Program-made: the position numbers and the translations under genes
Notes under the pieces: model-generated
The model's input: the letters and a program-made list of their open reading frames with translations, nothing else
Databases searched by the model: none
Told to the model about the DNA's origin: nothing
Assembly (NCBI GenBank): GCA_964411375.1
Contig: CAYPKR010000001.1
Span: 104,227-168,226, forward strand
Direction: 5' to 3'
Length of the DNA: 64,000 bases
From: an uncultured Candidatus Saccharibacteria bacterium
Lineage (GTDB): Bacteria > Patescibacteriota > Minisyncoccia > Phycocordibacterales > UBA12088
Part shown: piece after piece, positions 47,913 through 57,734 of the stretch
Layout: each line of letters begins with the position of its first letter
Numbering within the stretch: the first letter of the stretch is position 1

Positions 47913-48137
47913 GGCAGTCGGACCAGCCGACTTCCGCCGCTACTTCACGTGGGAAGAGAAAGTATTATTCTTCAAACAAAGTCCGCGTTTCTGAAGCATA
48001 CGTCAGTCGGTATCGTCTATTACAAAAGTGTAAATAAGGGTTTCAAGCACCTACTTGCCGCTCGGAAATAAGAGTTCAGTCGGAGGACAAAAGGACACCA
48101 TCACGGTACCAGTTTTTAGTGGGTTTGTACAATATAA

Positions 48138-48174
48138 CCGGCGCGGGCCATAGTATTTCTTTGGCCCGCGCCGG
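48138..48174 (-). terminator. Hairpin after clpP
   Basis: CCGGCGCGGGCCA...TGGCCCGCGCCGG. Confidence 0.6.
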
Positions 48175-48198
48175 ATTCCCTCATTTTTCAGTTTGCGA

Positions 48199-48786
48199 TT
48201 ACTTCTTCGACTTGTAGATTTCGTCGATGATGCCGTACTTCTTGGCTTCTTCTGCATCCATAAAGAAGTCGCGTTCGACGTCTTTCTCAATTCGGGCAAC
48301 GGTCTGTCCCGTTGCTTTTGCGAGGAATTTATTGAGTCGCTCCCGAGTCTTCAAGATGTGGCGAGCGCTGATTTCGATATCGGTTGCCTGTCCTTCTGCG
48401 CCGCCGAGTGGCTGATGGATCATGACTTCGGCGTTTGGAAGTGCAAATCGTTTACCTTTCTGTCCATTCGCAAGAAGAATCGCGCCGCCAGAAGCCGCGA
48501 GTCCGACACATACGGTCGCAACGTCTGGCTTTACGTAGTTCATCGTGTCGACCAGTGCGAGAGTCGAAGTCACCGAACCACCGGGGCTATTTATATAGAG
48601 GAAAATATCTTTCTTCGGATCTTCGCTTTCGAGGAAGAGAAGTTGGGCGATAACAAGGTTTGCAGAAACATCATCAATTGGGCCGCCGAGAAAGACAATC
48701 CGTTCGCGAAGAAGGCGCGAATAAATATCGTATGCGCGCTCGCCGAATGATGATTTTTCGATAACCGTTGGTACAAGATATGACAT
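48199..48786 (-). CDS. clpP: ATP-dependent Clp protease proteolytic subunit
   Basis: [34 protein letters not shown]. Confidence 0.97.
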   Translation of the reverse strand: MSYLVPTVIEKSSFGERAYDIYSRLLRERIVFLGGPIDDVSANLVIAQLLFLESEDPKKDIFLYINSPGGSVTSTLALVDTMNYVKPDVATVCVGLAASGGAILLANGQKGKRFALPNAEVMIHQPLGGAEGQATDIEISARHILKTRERLNKFLAKATGQTVARIEKDVERDFFMDAEEAKKYGIIDEIYKSKK

Positions 48787-48890
48787 ATAGGTTGGATTAG
48801 CTGATAGTTCGTTGCTGAGTAGCAGGGAATATCGGCTAGAGTGTATCAGAAAATAGTGAGCCCCGGAAGACCGGGGCTCGAAACTACAAC

Positions 48891-49547
48891 TTATGAATGA
48901 AGAACAGGGAGCAAGCGATAGAATTTGTGATGACCGATGGTCGTGGTGTACTCGGTGTTCGGCCAGTTTGGTTTTCCCACGGAGTCTCCGTGGTAGAACG
49001 TCGCGCCATACGTTAGGTCATGGAGCGTACCCATCCTGAGTTCATCAAGCATTTGATATGCGAGATCGAGGGATGCACGCCATGCGTTGGCATCACGAGG
49101 CTTGTCAGACTTGCCGTCGCACCACCATGACATGTCGCAGAACTTTTTGCGCTCTATTCCATCAGTAATGACGGTATAAATTGAACCGGCAAATCCTTTA
49201 GTGAGTACGCGGTTCAAAACCACATTCACCACCGCACGCTGACCGTTTACCGATTCTCCTCGAGCCTCGTGGTAAATCTGAAGCGCGAGTATGCGTACCG
49301 TCTTCCCGAACTCGTCGTCGTTCATCGCGATCGGGATTGTTGGATAGGACGGAAACTCGATTTCTCCATCCGCAGGCGGAGCATATATTCTATGCATTAC
49401 ATATGCACCGATGACAGTGCCGATGAGTAGCATAATCACGTATATGCGAATGGTTCGCCAAAGTCTTGAAAGACTCCGTATAATCCAACCCCTAAGCGCA
49501 ACACCAAGTCGCGAAAGGGGGTTTGAGATGATTGCACGTCCGCGCAT
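48891..49547 (-). CDS. SleB/Hydrolase_2-family cell wall hydrolase
   Basis: [12 protein letters not shown]...[28 protein letters not shown]; N-terminal TM; SD AAGGAG. Confidence 0.9.
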   Translation of the reverse strand: MRGRAIISNPLSRLGVALRGWIIRSLSRLWRTIRIYVIMLLIGTVIGAYVMHRIYAPPADGEIEFPSYPTIPIAMNDDEFGKTVRILALQIYHEARGESVNGQRAVVNVVLNRVLTKGFAGSIYTVITDGIERKKFCDMSWWCDGKSDKPRDANAWRASLDLAYQMLDELRMGTLHDLTYGATFYHGDSVGKPNWPNTEYTTTIGHHKFYRLLPVLHS

Positions 49548-49663
49548 TTGCGCTACTCCTTGTGGGGCAAACTATAAAAACTATACAGTAATTTATAAAT
49601 ATGTCAATATTTTGGGGATAGAAAGTAAAAAGAATATAGGCGCGCCGACAGGCGCGCCTATTC

Positions 49664-50248
49664 TCATGTCTTTCCTCCAATCGCTACCTTCGGCCTAAGT
49701 ATTTTAACCACGTCATCTTCTACTATCGGCGGCGGTTCATACGCGAGCAGCTGCTGTTCTGGAAAGAGCGAGTCGATCACCCTCCGTAACTCCTCGATGA
49801 TAACGAGGGAACTATCCGTCCGAGGGAGCCAGCGCTTTCCATGAAATAGTTTGAAAGCCGGACTTTTCCAGTACTTGAAGATAATTGCCACTAGCATCTG
49901 GTGTTTTTCACAAGAACCTCCAATCTCTCCGCCCAGCCTCTCAGGGCATGGGACTTTGATCTCGTAGGTAATATGGATTTGGTACCCTTGGACTAGCTGA
50001 TCATATTCGTCCCGCATCGGTTCAATCTTTTCCGATATATTGAACGATGTGGGGCGCAGTTGGACCGGTAACGCAGCTCCTCTACGCAATGCGCGCCGAA
50101 ATTCGGTATGGAGATGGGCTTCCAAGTTTCGCACATGCAATATCGCCTGTCTCCCCATCCGATAGCGCGTGCTGGTGAAAAAATCACCTCCCTTAAAGTA
50201 GAGAAAAAAGAAAACCCCAAAAAGGATTGCTACCCATAACAAATCCAT
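49664..50248 (-). CDS. Hypothetical membrane-anchored protein
   Basis: N-terminal TM; SD GGAG; downstream terminator TAGGCGCGCC-gaca-GGCGCGCCTA. Confidence 0.6.
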   Translation of the reverse strand: MDLLWVAILFGVFFFLYFKGGDFFTSTRYRMGRQAILHVRNLEAHLHTEFRRALRRGAALPVQLRPTSFNISEKIEPMRDEYDQLVQGYQIHITYEIKVPCPERLGGEIGGSCEKHQMLVAIIFKYWKSPAFKLFHGKRWLPRTDSSLVIIEELRRVIDSLFPEQQLLAYEPPPIVEDDVVKILRPKVAIGGKT

Positions 50249-50336
50249 GGTCGTTACTCCACGCTATGCTCCCAGAGAGCAACATCTCTGACTTAGTGAT
50301 ACAACCTTCCGGAGAAAAGTCAAAGCAGTCGGGAGA

Positions 50337-50711
50337 CTATTGCATCACCCCGAGGAAATATCCTTTGGTGAGGAAGGCAACAAGCGCGCCCGCGAGTACC
50401 GCGGCGGCGAAGTATCCAAAGCTTTTGAGTGAGCGTACTCCCGCAAGTTCTTTTGCGACGAGTCCGACGAGTGGAGCGAGGATTACATACGGTGCAGCAG
50501 TCGTGATTCCGCCGAATGCGCCCATACTCGCACTAGATCCAGTAATCGAGAGGAGATCGCTCGCAAGTTTCGAGCCATAGGTAATAACTTCCTTCCAGCC
50601 GATAAAGATCATCAGGCCGGCGACAAAACCAAACGCGAGGTTGATAAGGATCGAGAGGAGATTGGTGCCGGATTCTGGTTGACCGAATCCAGCCATGTTC
50701 ATTGGTGGCAT
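50337..50711 (-). CDS. Small multi-pass membrane protein
   Basis: Three hydrophobic segments; TATACT box 8 nt before the ATG. Confidence 0.65.
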   Translation of the reverse strand: MPPMNMAGFGQPESGTNLLSILINLAFGFVAGLMIFIGWKEVITYGSKLASDLLSITGSSASMGAFGGITTAAPYVILAPLVGLVAKELAGVRSLKSFGYFAAAVLAGALVAFLTKGYFLGVMQ

Positions 50712-50750
50712 ATGGAAATAGTATAGCGCCGAACGAGCGTTTTAAAATCC

Positions 50751-51293
50751 TCAATTTGAGTCAACACTACTGTATTTTTTGACCACCTTCTGGATTTCAT
50801 CGGAGTTTCCGCTTTCAATCGCTAGCCTAAATTCTTCATTTCGTTGAACCGCTTGAGAAGCTTTAACCATAGCTTGATCGTCTAAAATCACTGTTCCCAT
50901 ACTCACTAAACCTTCTAACTCTGCTTCAAAATCAACTAATGACATTTTCCCGACAAGGTCATGTAAAACCCCGTTTCTTTTCTCCCTGTACGTATGGAGC
51001 TTAGTTTTTAAACCAGGATCAATCACTCCAACCTTTACTAGGTATTCGATAATTTCAAAAAGATTTTGCCGCAACAACCTTTCCTTCACAACCGTAATTT
51101 GTTTCGGCTCGTCTAGGCTCGATTTTTGACTTGGATGAGTTATGACTTTGAATATCACCGTTTGAAAAAAATCATCCTCAATAAGTTGTTTTAGAAGACT
51201 TTCAATAAAGGCACTTTGGAGCAAAAAAGCTTCAAGAAATTGTTTCTTTAAGTTAGAACCTTGAATATTATTTATCACATCCTGCCTCTTCAT
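50751..51293 (-). CDS. Putative HEPN-domain protein
   Basis: All-helical; EAFLLQSAFIESLLK helix and Rx4H motif RNGVLH; visibly AT-richer than its flanks. Confidence 0.6.
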   Translation of the reverse strand: MKRQDVINNIQGSNLKKQFLEAFLLQSAFIESLLKQLIEDDFFQTVIFKVITHPSQKSSLDEPKQITVVKERLLRQNLFEIIEYLVKVGVIDPGLKTKLHTYREKRNGVLHDLVGKMSLVDFEAELEGLVSMGTVILDDQAMVKASQAVQRNEEFRLAIESGNSDEIQKVVKKYSSVDSN

Positions 51294-51319
51294 TTCATTT
51301 TTCTCATAACAAAGGCTTC

Positions 51320-52432
51320 TTATTCAGAAGCCTTTGTGTCGGTTGATTCAGTTTTTCCTTCCAGCATTTCAAACACTTTTTCGTTTCGCATCATCGTCTC
51401 GACGTACATGCGGATCGAATCAGGATTTGCTTCTTTGTAGTGCTCAAGTACGTGTGCGACATCGCGGCTGACTCTCTGCTCCTCAAGGAGTACGTCCTCC
51501 TTATTCGCAATTGCGTTCAATATAAGTTGAAGCTTTGCGCGCTTCTCGGCTTCTGGCTTCCATTCGGTCCGAATATCTTCCGGCGTTTTCTTGATCGAAA
51601 GGAAGTATTGGTCTGGATCAAGTCCCATGCGCTCGATCTCGCTTTTGAATTCGCCCATCATCTTATCGAGTTCGGCATCGCGGAGAATCCCGGGAAGGGG
51701 AATCATCGTCTTCTCGACGAGCGCTTCGACGATGGCGAGGCGCTTTTTCTCCTTTTCTTTCTGCATCTTTTCGCCCATCATATTGTTTTCGAGCGCAGTG
51801 CGAAGGTCAGCGACCGTTTTGAACTCGCCGAGTTTCTGAACGAATTCGTCGGTTACTTCGGGAAGCTCGGATTCAGGGATATCGTCGCCCTCGTGCGCTT
51901 CGTGCGGAATATCTTTTCCGTCCGCATGATATTTTTCAAAATGCGCCATGCGCTTGCGGATGCCGAGGATCGCATCATCGATTTCTTTTGCTTCGACCTT
52001 GAAATCTGTTTTGGTGAATGGCTTTCGCGCTTTTTCGGCGATTGTCTTGTAGTCGGGGAGTTCAAACTTTGGAAGAACCGCCGTCTTTGCGGCGAATTCA
52101 ATCGGATTATCCTTGGCGAGCTTGGTTATGGAGATATGTGGTCGACCAATGACATCAATCTCGTTGTCGAGAACGATTGCAGGGTAGGCATCCGCGATGG
52201 CGCGCTCCGCCATTTCTTCAAGCACAGTCATCTCCCCAACATGCTTTACAAGCACGTCTTCAGGAATATGACCTTTCCGAAAGCCATCAATGTTTACGTA
52301 TTCGCCAAGCTTTTTTACCGCCGCATTTCGGTGCTTCTCAAAGATTGCCGAGGGAATCGTGCCACGGATCTCAAGCTCGGAATCCGCGAGTGGGGTAATC
52401 GTTACGTTTTCGTATAGAGTTTCTTTGTTCAT
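51320..52432 (-). CDS. tig: Trigger factor lacking the FKBP/PPIase domain
   Basis: IDGFRKGH ribosome-binding motif, LPEVTDEF and C-terminal chaperone domain; only 370 aa. Confidence 0.92.
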   Translation of the reverse strand: MNKETLYENVTITPLADSELEIRGTIPSAIFEKHRNAAVKKLGEYVNIDGFRKGHIPEDVLVKHVGEMTVLEEMAERAIADAYPAIVLDNEIDVIGRPHISITKLAKDNPIEFAAKTAVLPKFELPDYKTIAEKARKPFTKTDFKVEAKEIDDAILGIRKRMAHFEKYHADGKDIPHEAHEGDDIPESELPEVTDEFVQKLGEFKTVADLRTALENNMMGEKMQKEKEKKRLAIVEALVEKTMIPLPGILRDAELDKMMGEFKSEIERMGLDPDQYFLSIKKTPEDIRTEWKPEAEKRAKLQLILNAIANKEDVLLEEQRVSRDVAHVLEHYKEANPDSIRMYVETMMRNEKVFEMLEGKTESTDTKASE

Positions 52433-52450
52433 GCGATTCGACTATACCGG

Positions 52451-52487
52451 AAACTCCCGCGCTCGTCTATGACGAGCGCGGGAGTTT
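52451..52487. terminator. Terminator hairpin (17 bp stem)
   Basis: AAACTCCCGCGCTCGTC-tat-GACGAGCGCGGGAGTTT. Confidence 0.75.
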
Positions 52488-52508
52488 GGTCGGCTTTTTC
52501 GTATTGAA

Positions 52509-52877
52509 TTATTGGCTCGAAGAGCTACCGAAATTGGTATCAACGGTGCCGGAGAGATCAGTATCAACATCAACTGCTGCAGAGTTAAGATCATCGCTAA
52601 TCGCATTTGGATCGTCAGACGATCCGGTCGTCTGCGTTGTCTGTGTTGTTGTGGTTGCAACCATTTCTTCCGTTGGTGCTTTCGGCTGTAGTTGCATCAT
52701 GAAGTAGTAGATACCGCCGAGCGCAAGTATTGCGATGATGACAATAATGCCGATCATTGCACCGATGCCTGATTTTGCTGGAGCGGGTGTTACGGTTGCC
52801 TTCGGCATGACATTTGTTGTCGGAGTTGGGGTAGGAGCCGGTGTTGGTTGTGGAGTTGTGTTTGGATTTTGATCCAT
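52509..52877 (-). CDS. Small single-TM protein with Pro/Thr-rich termini
   Basis: GAMIGIIVIIAILALGGIYYF helix. Confidence 0.7.
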   Translation of the reverse strand: MDQNPNTTPQPTPAPTPTPTTNVMPKATVTPAPAKSGIGAMIGIIVIIAILALGGIYYFMMQLQPKAPTEEMVATTTTQTTQTTGSSDDPNAISDDLNSAAVDVDTDLSGTVDTNFGSSSSQ

Positions 52878-52905
52878 GAAAACATTTTAGATGTTAATTG
52901 ATTTT

Positions 52906-53874
52906 TTATTCAGCTGGGTTTTCGCCGTCTGCTCCGTGATCTTCGCCTTCGTTGTTTTGTGGGGGAGTAGTAGTTATTTCTCCGTCAGTTTTTTTGAGAG
53001 AATCAACTGCTTTGCGGAGTGCATCATATCCCGCCTTAATATCTACCTTTACCTTATTGACGCTGTCCTGCACTTTTGCAAAATCATCGCGTGGATTTTC
53101 AGAATTGATGACCGTGTTCAGATTGGTTACGACTGTCTGGAGATCGGTCGTTGCGGCACTGAGCGCACCTTTTGCATCACCGAGAGAATTTGTAGCGTCG
53201 GTTACATCAGCTCCTGCTGTAGCAAGTTTATCGACGCGTGACTGAACTCGATCGGCAATTTTCTTCAAGTTGTCGATAGCATCTCCGAGTCGCTTAGTGA
53301 CATTCTTCACATCGATCATCACTTTTTCTTTCACGCGATCTTTTGTGCTCGTTGAGGTTTCTTTCCACTGTTTCTTCCATTCATCGCGAATCTTAAGTGG
53401 CGGACGAGGAGTGGTGCTTCCGGTCGCATTCAACAATTTTTCGCGCATTTCCATCTCTCGCTTCAACAGCATATCAAGCGGTGGGCGTCCCATTGTCGTT
53501 GAGCCCATTTTTCCTTGAGAGCAAGGTGAAGGTGTTCCTTCCGTTGTTGCCGCACATGGAGCCATTCCTTCGTGACCTGGAGTCGATGAACCATTCTTTC
53601 GCATCTCTTCCATCATGCGAATCTTGGTCGAAGTCGAGAGATCTCCTTTCGGCATCATTGGCTTATCTCCATTTATTGGAGTACTGGATGCAACTCCCGG
53701 ACGCTTCAAAGGAAGATTGGTTGGGGTTGACTTGCCCTCGGTATTCATCTTGGGAGGAGTTGGTGGAGGTGGAGGAACGTCCATTCCGTCTTGTGCGAGA
53801 GCGACAAGAGCGCCGGATGCGAAGAGGAGTGAACCTACGACTAATCCGGTAGTTGAAGCGCGAAATAATGCCAT
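52906..53874 (-). CDS. Secreted protein with Pro/Met-rich region and coiled-coil helical bundle
   Basis: Signal ending ALA; recurring STST/SSTP motifs; C-terminal heptads. Confidence 0.7.
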   Translation of the reverse strand: MALFRASTTGLVVGSLLFASGALVALAQDGMDVPPPPPTPPKMNTEGKSTPTNLPLKRPGVASSTPINGDKPMMPKGDLSTSTKIRMMEEMRKNGSSTPGHEGMAPCAATTEGTPSPCSQGKMGSTTMGRPPLDMLLKREMEMREKLLNATGSTTPRPPLKIRDEWKKQWKETSTSTKDRVKEKVMIDVKNVTKRLGDAIDNLKKIADRVQSRVDKLATAGADVTDATNSLGDAKGALSAATTDLQTVVTNLNTVINSENPRDDFAKVQDSVNKVKVDIKAGYDALRKAVDSLKKTDGEITTTPPQNNEGEDHGADGENPAE

Positions 53875-54003
53875 GATCTAGATTTTTTATTACTGACAAT
53901 AATCATCAGAGCGCTCTCGGGGATCGAAGAGGGCAGATGTTCCTAGTATATACAAAGGGCGGAGCCTTTGGCGCCGCCCTTTGTTGATAACCTAAAGGTT
54001 ATC

Positions 54004-54528
54004 TTATTTAGCAAATTTCTCCTGGTAGAGCTTCAGTCCCTTTTTGAAGTCTTCCTTTGCGCCTGCTGCGTCTCGGAATCCTTTCACCTCGACGACCTTA
54101 TTTTGGATCTTCTTGTAGGTTCCGAAGAAGTGTTCGATCTCCTTGAGGGTGTGCTTGTTGATATCAGAGAGATCCTTAACATCATCCCAGCGTGGATCAT
54201 CAGCTGGAACGCCGATTATCTTGTTGTCGCCTTCATCTGAATCAACCATATCCATGACTGCGATAGGGCGAATGCGTACCAAGATACCTGTCTGGAGAGG
54301 GTAGGTGGTGAGGACAAGTGCGTCGAGCGCGTCATTGTCTTCCCAGAAGGTTTGCGGAATGAAGCCGTAATCAAATGGGTAATCCTGGGAGGTGTGCATC
54401 GCGCGATCGAGTGCGATCATGCCGGTCTCCTTATCAATCTCATACTTATTCTTTGATCCCTTTGGGATTTCGATGACGACGTTAATTTCGTCAGGTGTTC
54501 CCGGGGCGATATCGTGCCAATAGTTCAT
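54004..54528 (-). CDS. ppa: Family I inorganic pyrophosphatase
   Basis: IEIPKGSKNKYE, YPFDYGFIPQT, DNDALD, IEHFFGTYK. Confidence 0.96.
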   Translation of the reverse strand: MNYWHDIAPGTPDEINVVIEIPKGSKNKYEIDKETGMIALDRAMHTSQDYPFDYGFIPQTFWEDNDALDALVLTTYPLQTGILVRIRPIAVMDMVDSDEGDNKIIGVPADDPRWDDVKDLSDINKHTLKEIEHFFGTYKKIQNKVVEVKGFRDAAGAKEDFKKGLKLYQEKFAK

Positions 54529-54568
54529 ATACGTAGTGTAAATGAGTTAGTAAGAGATTGATAGGGGA

Positions 54569-55738
54569 TTACTCTGTTTCAGAAGTAGTTTCTTCCGAAG
54601 TCTCCGCTCCAGTTTCAGCGCTATCAGTTGAAGCACCTTCTACAGTTTCACCGCGGGCAGAGTGGATATCGATCTTCCAGCCAGTGAGCTTTGCGGCAAG
54701 GCGTACATTTTGTCCGGCTTTGCCGATTGCAAGGGACTGCTGATCTTCAGATACTTCAACGAGCGCGCGATGTGCGGCTTCGTCAATTTTGACGCCAAGT
54801 ACTTTTGCAGGAGAGAGTGCTTCCTCGACAAACTGTTTCGGATCTTCTGACCATTCAATAATATCTATTTTTTCGCCGCCGAGCTCGCTCATAACGGTTG
54901 AAACGCGAACACCCCTTTGTCCGACGAGGGAACCAACGGGATCGATGTGAGAATCGCTCGATGCAACGGCAATCTTTGAGCGCGATCCTGGCTCGCGGGC
55001 GATTGCTTTCGTGATGACGGCACCAGACACGAGTTCAGGTGCTTCGAGTTCAAACAATTTCTCAAGGAATCGTGGGTGTGAACGAGAAAGACGGAGGAAT
55101 ACGCCGCGCGGACCTTCTTCGACATTGTAGAGATAGGCACGAAGCCGCTCACCTTGACGGAATCGCTCTCCAGGGATCTGTTCGTCATAGGGAAGGATAC
55201 CCGTTGCGCGACCGAGATCGACATATATATTGCCGCGTTCGATGCGCTGGACGGAACCGTTTACAATATCGCCTTCGCGCTCGCCGAATTCATTCAAGAC
55301 TGATACCTTTTCTGCTTCGCGGATTTTCTGGATGATCACCTGCTTTGCGGTTTGTGCGGCAATACGACCGAAGTCATCTTGTGGTTCGAGAGGGAAGACA
55401 ATTTCGTCATCGAGTTCAGCGCCCTTCTTCATGCGGCGCGCGTCTTCGATCAAAATGTGGTGTTCTGGGTTAAATCGAACGCGATCATCGTCTTCTGCCG
55501 GTTCCTCATCTTCCATATATACGAGTGAGGAATCAACAACCTTTTTCGCCTGATAGAATTCAGTTGCACCGGTTCCGATATCAAATTTTGCACGCACAAT
55601 CTGCCCGCGCTTGCCATATTCCTTGCGGTACGCGGTTGCGAGCGACTGCTCAATCGCTTCGAGCACTTTTTCACGTGGAATACCACGCTCTTCTTCGAGT
55701 TGGTCGAGGACTGAATTGATTACTTTAAGGTCGAACAT
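54569..55738 (-). CDS. nusA: Transcription termination/antitermination factor NusA
   Basis: FGRIAAQTAKQVIIQ, S1 domain, AREPGSRSKIAV, SLAIGKAGQNVRLAAKLTGWKIDI. Confidence 0.97.
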   Translation of the reverse strand: MFDLKVINSVLDQLEEERGIPREKVLEAIEQSLATAYRKEYGKRGQIVRAKFDIGTGATEFYQAKKVVDSSLVYMEDEEPAEDDDRVRFNPEHHILIEDARRMKKGAELDDEIVFPLEPQDDFGRIAAQTAKQVIIQKIREAEKVSVLNEFGEREGDIVNGSVQRIERGNIYVDLGRATGILPYDEQIPGERFRQGERLRAYLYNVEEGPRGVFLRLSRSHPRFLEKLFELEAPELVSGAVITKAIAREPGSRSKIAVASSDSHIDPVGSLVGQRGVRVSTVMSELGGEKIDIIEWSEDPKQFVEEALSPAKVLGVKIDEAAHRALVEVSEDQQSLAIGKAGQNVRLAAKLTGWKIDIHSARGETVEGASTDSAETGAETSEETTSETE

Positions 55739-55898
55739 ACTGTTTTTTGCTTTTTTAATAAAACTGCCCGCCAAAGGGCGGACAGTTCAGATGCAAATAT
55801 CCTACCGTACACTCATTTTTTGTCAAATACGGAAAAACGAGACGATATGTTGAAAAAGAAACAGCGTTCCTTTGCTATACTAATAGAAATATTTTTGC

Positions 55899-57647
55899 AT
55901 GTACGTTAACGCCGATCAGTTAAAAGAGTTCATTCTCGATTCGGGTATCGTGTCTCGAAAAGATTTTGAAGCGGCTGAAAAGGCGGCGGACGAAAACAGT
56001 TCATCCGTTGAAGGGGAGCTTATAAAAATGGGGAAGGCGACGGAAGATGACATTCGTCGTGTGCAGGCGTATGTGCTCGGCATCCCATTCATCAGCCTAA
56101 AGAAACAGAAAATCGATTTTGATATTCTCTCGCTTGTTCCCGAACCAATCGCACGAAAGCACAACATTGTTGCGTTTAAAAAGTCCGAAGGCGCACTTGA
56201 GGTTGCGATGCTCGACATCGACGACCTCCAAGCAATCGAATTCGTCAAAAAGAAAGTTGGTTTGAAGATTTTGGCGAGACTCACTGACGCCGATTCCATC
56301 AAGGAAGCGCTTCTCCAGTATCAAAAAACGCTGAAAGACGAATTCGGTGATCTCATCAAAAAAGAGTCAGCCTCCTTAGATCTCATGCCGGACGCTGAGG
56401 GAGGGGATGCATCGGAGACAGATCTCAAGAAAATTGCAGAAGACTTGCCGGTCGTGCGTATCGTGAATTCGCTTTTGAAACACGCGATCATTCAGGACGC
56501 ATCCGACATTCACATCGAACCGATGGAAAACGAAGTGTTGGTTCGGTATCGAATTGACGGACTCCTTCATGATGCGATGACACTTCCTAAAAATGCAGGA
56601 GCTTCGATTACTGCGCGCATCAAAGTGCTTTCAAACTTGAAGCTTGATGAAAAGCGTCTGCCACAAGACGGTCGCTTTAAAATGCGCATCGACAATGACA
56701 AAGTGTCATTCCGTGTTTCGATTTTGCCAACGTACTACGGCGAAAAAACCGTCATGCGTCTTCTTCGCGAATCGGGTGGCGGATTTACGCTCGAAGCCCT
56801 CGGCTTTCATGGCGAAGGGTTGGAGCGAATCCATTCTGCAACCAAACTCGCAACTGGAATGATTCTTACGACTGGACCAACTGGTTCCGGAAAAACGACA
56901 ACGCTCTACACTGTTCTCGATATTTTGAATACGCCGGACGTCAACATTTCTACTATCGAAGATCCGATTGAATATCAGATGGCTCGTGTAAATCAGACGC
57001 AAGTAAAACCAGAAATTGGATTTTCATTTACTTCGGGACTTCGCTCGCTCGTTCGCCAAGACCCCGACATCATCATGGTTGGAGAAATTCGAGACGGCGA
57101 GACGGCATCTCTTGCGATTAATGCAGCGCTTACCGGTCACTTGGTGCTTTCAACGCTTCACACCAATTCTGCCGCCGGCACCATGCCTCGCCTTATCGAT
57201 ATGGGTTGCGAACCATTTTTGATCGTCTCGACCTTGAATGTGGTCATTGGGCAAAGACTGGTACGTAAACTAACGGGCGAAAAAGAAGAATACACGCTTT
57301 CGGATGCTGAGATCGCGTCTCTTGCTGAACACGCCGACCTCGACATTGTTCTCAAGACTCTGAAAGAAGAAAACATCGTTCCAAAAAACGCGTCATTCGG
57401 AAAAATCCCGTTCTATCGTCCGAAGCCCTCTTCACAAGGGGATGGGTACAAAGGACGTGTCGGCATACACGAAGTATTTAAAATGTCGGGCGCGATCCGT
57501 GAAATGGTGATGCAAGGAAAAACATCTGGCGATATTGAAGTGCAGGCACGCAAAGAAGGAATGCTTACCATGCTTGAAGACGGTATCTTCAAAGCCGCAG
57601 AAGGTGTAACGACTATTGAAGAAGTGCTTCGAGTGGTGACGGAATAA
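55899..57647 (+). CDS. pilB: Type IV pilus assembly ATPase PilB/GspE
   Basis: ASDIHIEP, LPQDGRF, TGPTGSGKTTTLY, TIEDPIEY, RQDPDIIMVGEIRD, TGHLVLSTLHTN. Confidence 0.92.
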   Translation: MYVNADQLKEFILDSGIVSRKDFEAAEKAADENSSSVEGELIKMGKATEDDIRRVQAYVLGIPFISLKKQKIDFDILSLVPEPIARKHNIVAFKKSEGALEVAMLDIDDLQAIEFVKKKVGLKILARLTDADSIKEALLQYQKTLKDEFGDLIKKESASLDLMPDAEGGDASETDLKKIAEDLPVVRIVNSLLKHAIIQDASDIHIEPMENEVLVRYRIDGLLHDAMTLPKNAGASITARIKVLSNLKLDEKRLPQDGRFKMRIDNDKVSFRVSILPTYYGEKTVMRLLRESGGGFTLEALGFHGEGLERIHSATKLATGMILTTGPTGSGKTTTLYTVLDILNTPDVNISTIEDPIEYQMARVNQTQVKPEIGFSFTSGLRSLVRQDPDIIMVGEIRDGETASLAINAALTGHLVLSTLHTNSAAGTMPRLIDMGCEPFLIVSTLNVVIGQRLVRKLTGEKEEYTLSDAEIASLAEHADLDIVLKTLKEENIVPKNASFGKIPFYRPKPSSQGDGYKGRVGIHEVFKMSGAIREMVMQGKTSGDIEVQARKEGMLTMLEDGIFKAAEGVTTIEEVLRVVTE

Positions 57648-57677
57648 CGAATTATTTCCAGCCGAAGAGCAATTTTA

Positions 57678-57708
57678 TCCGCATTTTTTGCGTAGCAAAA
57701 AATGCGGA
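57678..57708. repeat. 14 bp perfect hairpin between pilB and pilC (REP-like)
   Basis: TCCGCATTTTTTGC-gta-GCAAAAAATGCGGA. Confidence 0.8.
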
Positions 57709-57734
57709 GTGCCCGTACAATTACATAAACATTC

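Noticed and set aside
51440-52417. 325 aa + strand ORF
   Set aside because: Antisense shadow of trigger factor
55667-55682. parS-like TTTTTCACGTGGAATA in nusA (also a weaker one near 47941)
   Set aside because: Several mismatches and isolated from the cluster; could be chance
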